Shown piece after piece: positions 36,266 to 36,313 of a stretch of 36,313 nucleotides of DNA. The position numbers were made by a program, and so were the translations under genes. Origin of the DNA: a bacterium (lineage in GTDB: Bacteria > JAMCPX01); assembly GCA_037439545.1 (NCBI GenBank), contig JBBIVV010000021.1, forward strand, positions 1 through 36,313. The letters are read 5' to 3'. How positions within the stretch are numbered: the stretch's first letter is position 1; every line of letters starts with the position of its first letter. Under the pieces are notes generated by a model. The model saw nothing but the letters and a program-made list of their open reading frames with translations. It was not told the DNA's origin and ran no database searches.

Positions 36266-36313
36266 ATGCTATGTAAAAGTATTGTAGTGTGTAATAAATA
36301 TCTCCTCATTCTT
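36266..36313 (+). CDS. Start of a CDS running off the window (MLCKSIVVCNKYLLIL...)
   Basis: AGGAGG at 36255-36260, 5 nt before ATG; 16 open codons to the window edge. Confidence 0.5.
   Translation, partial: MLCKSIVVCNKYLLIL

Noticed and set aside
35895..36313. tRNA-Cys as an integration site for a genomic island
   Set aside because: Downstream DNA is AT-rich, but no integrase or duplicated tRNA 3' end is visible in the window.

Overview
A chromosomal, mostly housekeeping and envelope region from a diderm bacterium of moderate GC. The rho-rpmE-thyX-prfA-prmC order, the MqnP-like prenyltransferase, the RACo protein and the Hanks kinases suggest a Deltaproteobacteria/Nitrospirota-like organism (inference only). 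In order it holds: a divergent Fpg/MutM glycosylase, a membrane-anchored helical-repeat Ser/Thr kinase, purC, a degenerate DegT-family protein, an O-antigen-ligase-like protein, a UbiA/MqnP prenyltransferase, glpK, a Met/His-rich secreted protein with an outer-membrane barrel, a FadL-like porin, a RACo/ASKHA protein, a lipoprotein followed by rmlA-rmlC-rmlB-rmlD-ugd-uxs, pfkA, a HAD hydrolase, a barrel-LytR_C protein, rho-rpmE-thyX-prfA-prmC, a kinase plus Zn-ribbon/double-FHA pair, dapL, nadB, two PelC/CsgG-like envelope proteins, tRNA-Gly, tRNA-Cys and the start of another CDS. No transposase, integrase or CRISPR array is present. The most unusual signal is a ~100-bp MITE-like element with CCCCGTTAGAAA...TTTCT(A)ACGGGG terminal inverted repeats, TTTA flanks and unrelated interiors. 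It occurs as two full copies, one arm in-frame inside the apparently dead DegT protein, and a probable arm at the window edge. Other leads are candidate leaderless promoters, the DegT pseudo-enzyme, a possible Cu/Ag-handling gene pair and an LCP-free LytR_C envelope module. All family assignments come from motifs read by eye, not from database searches.
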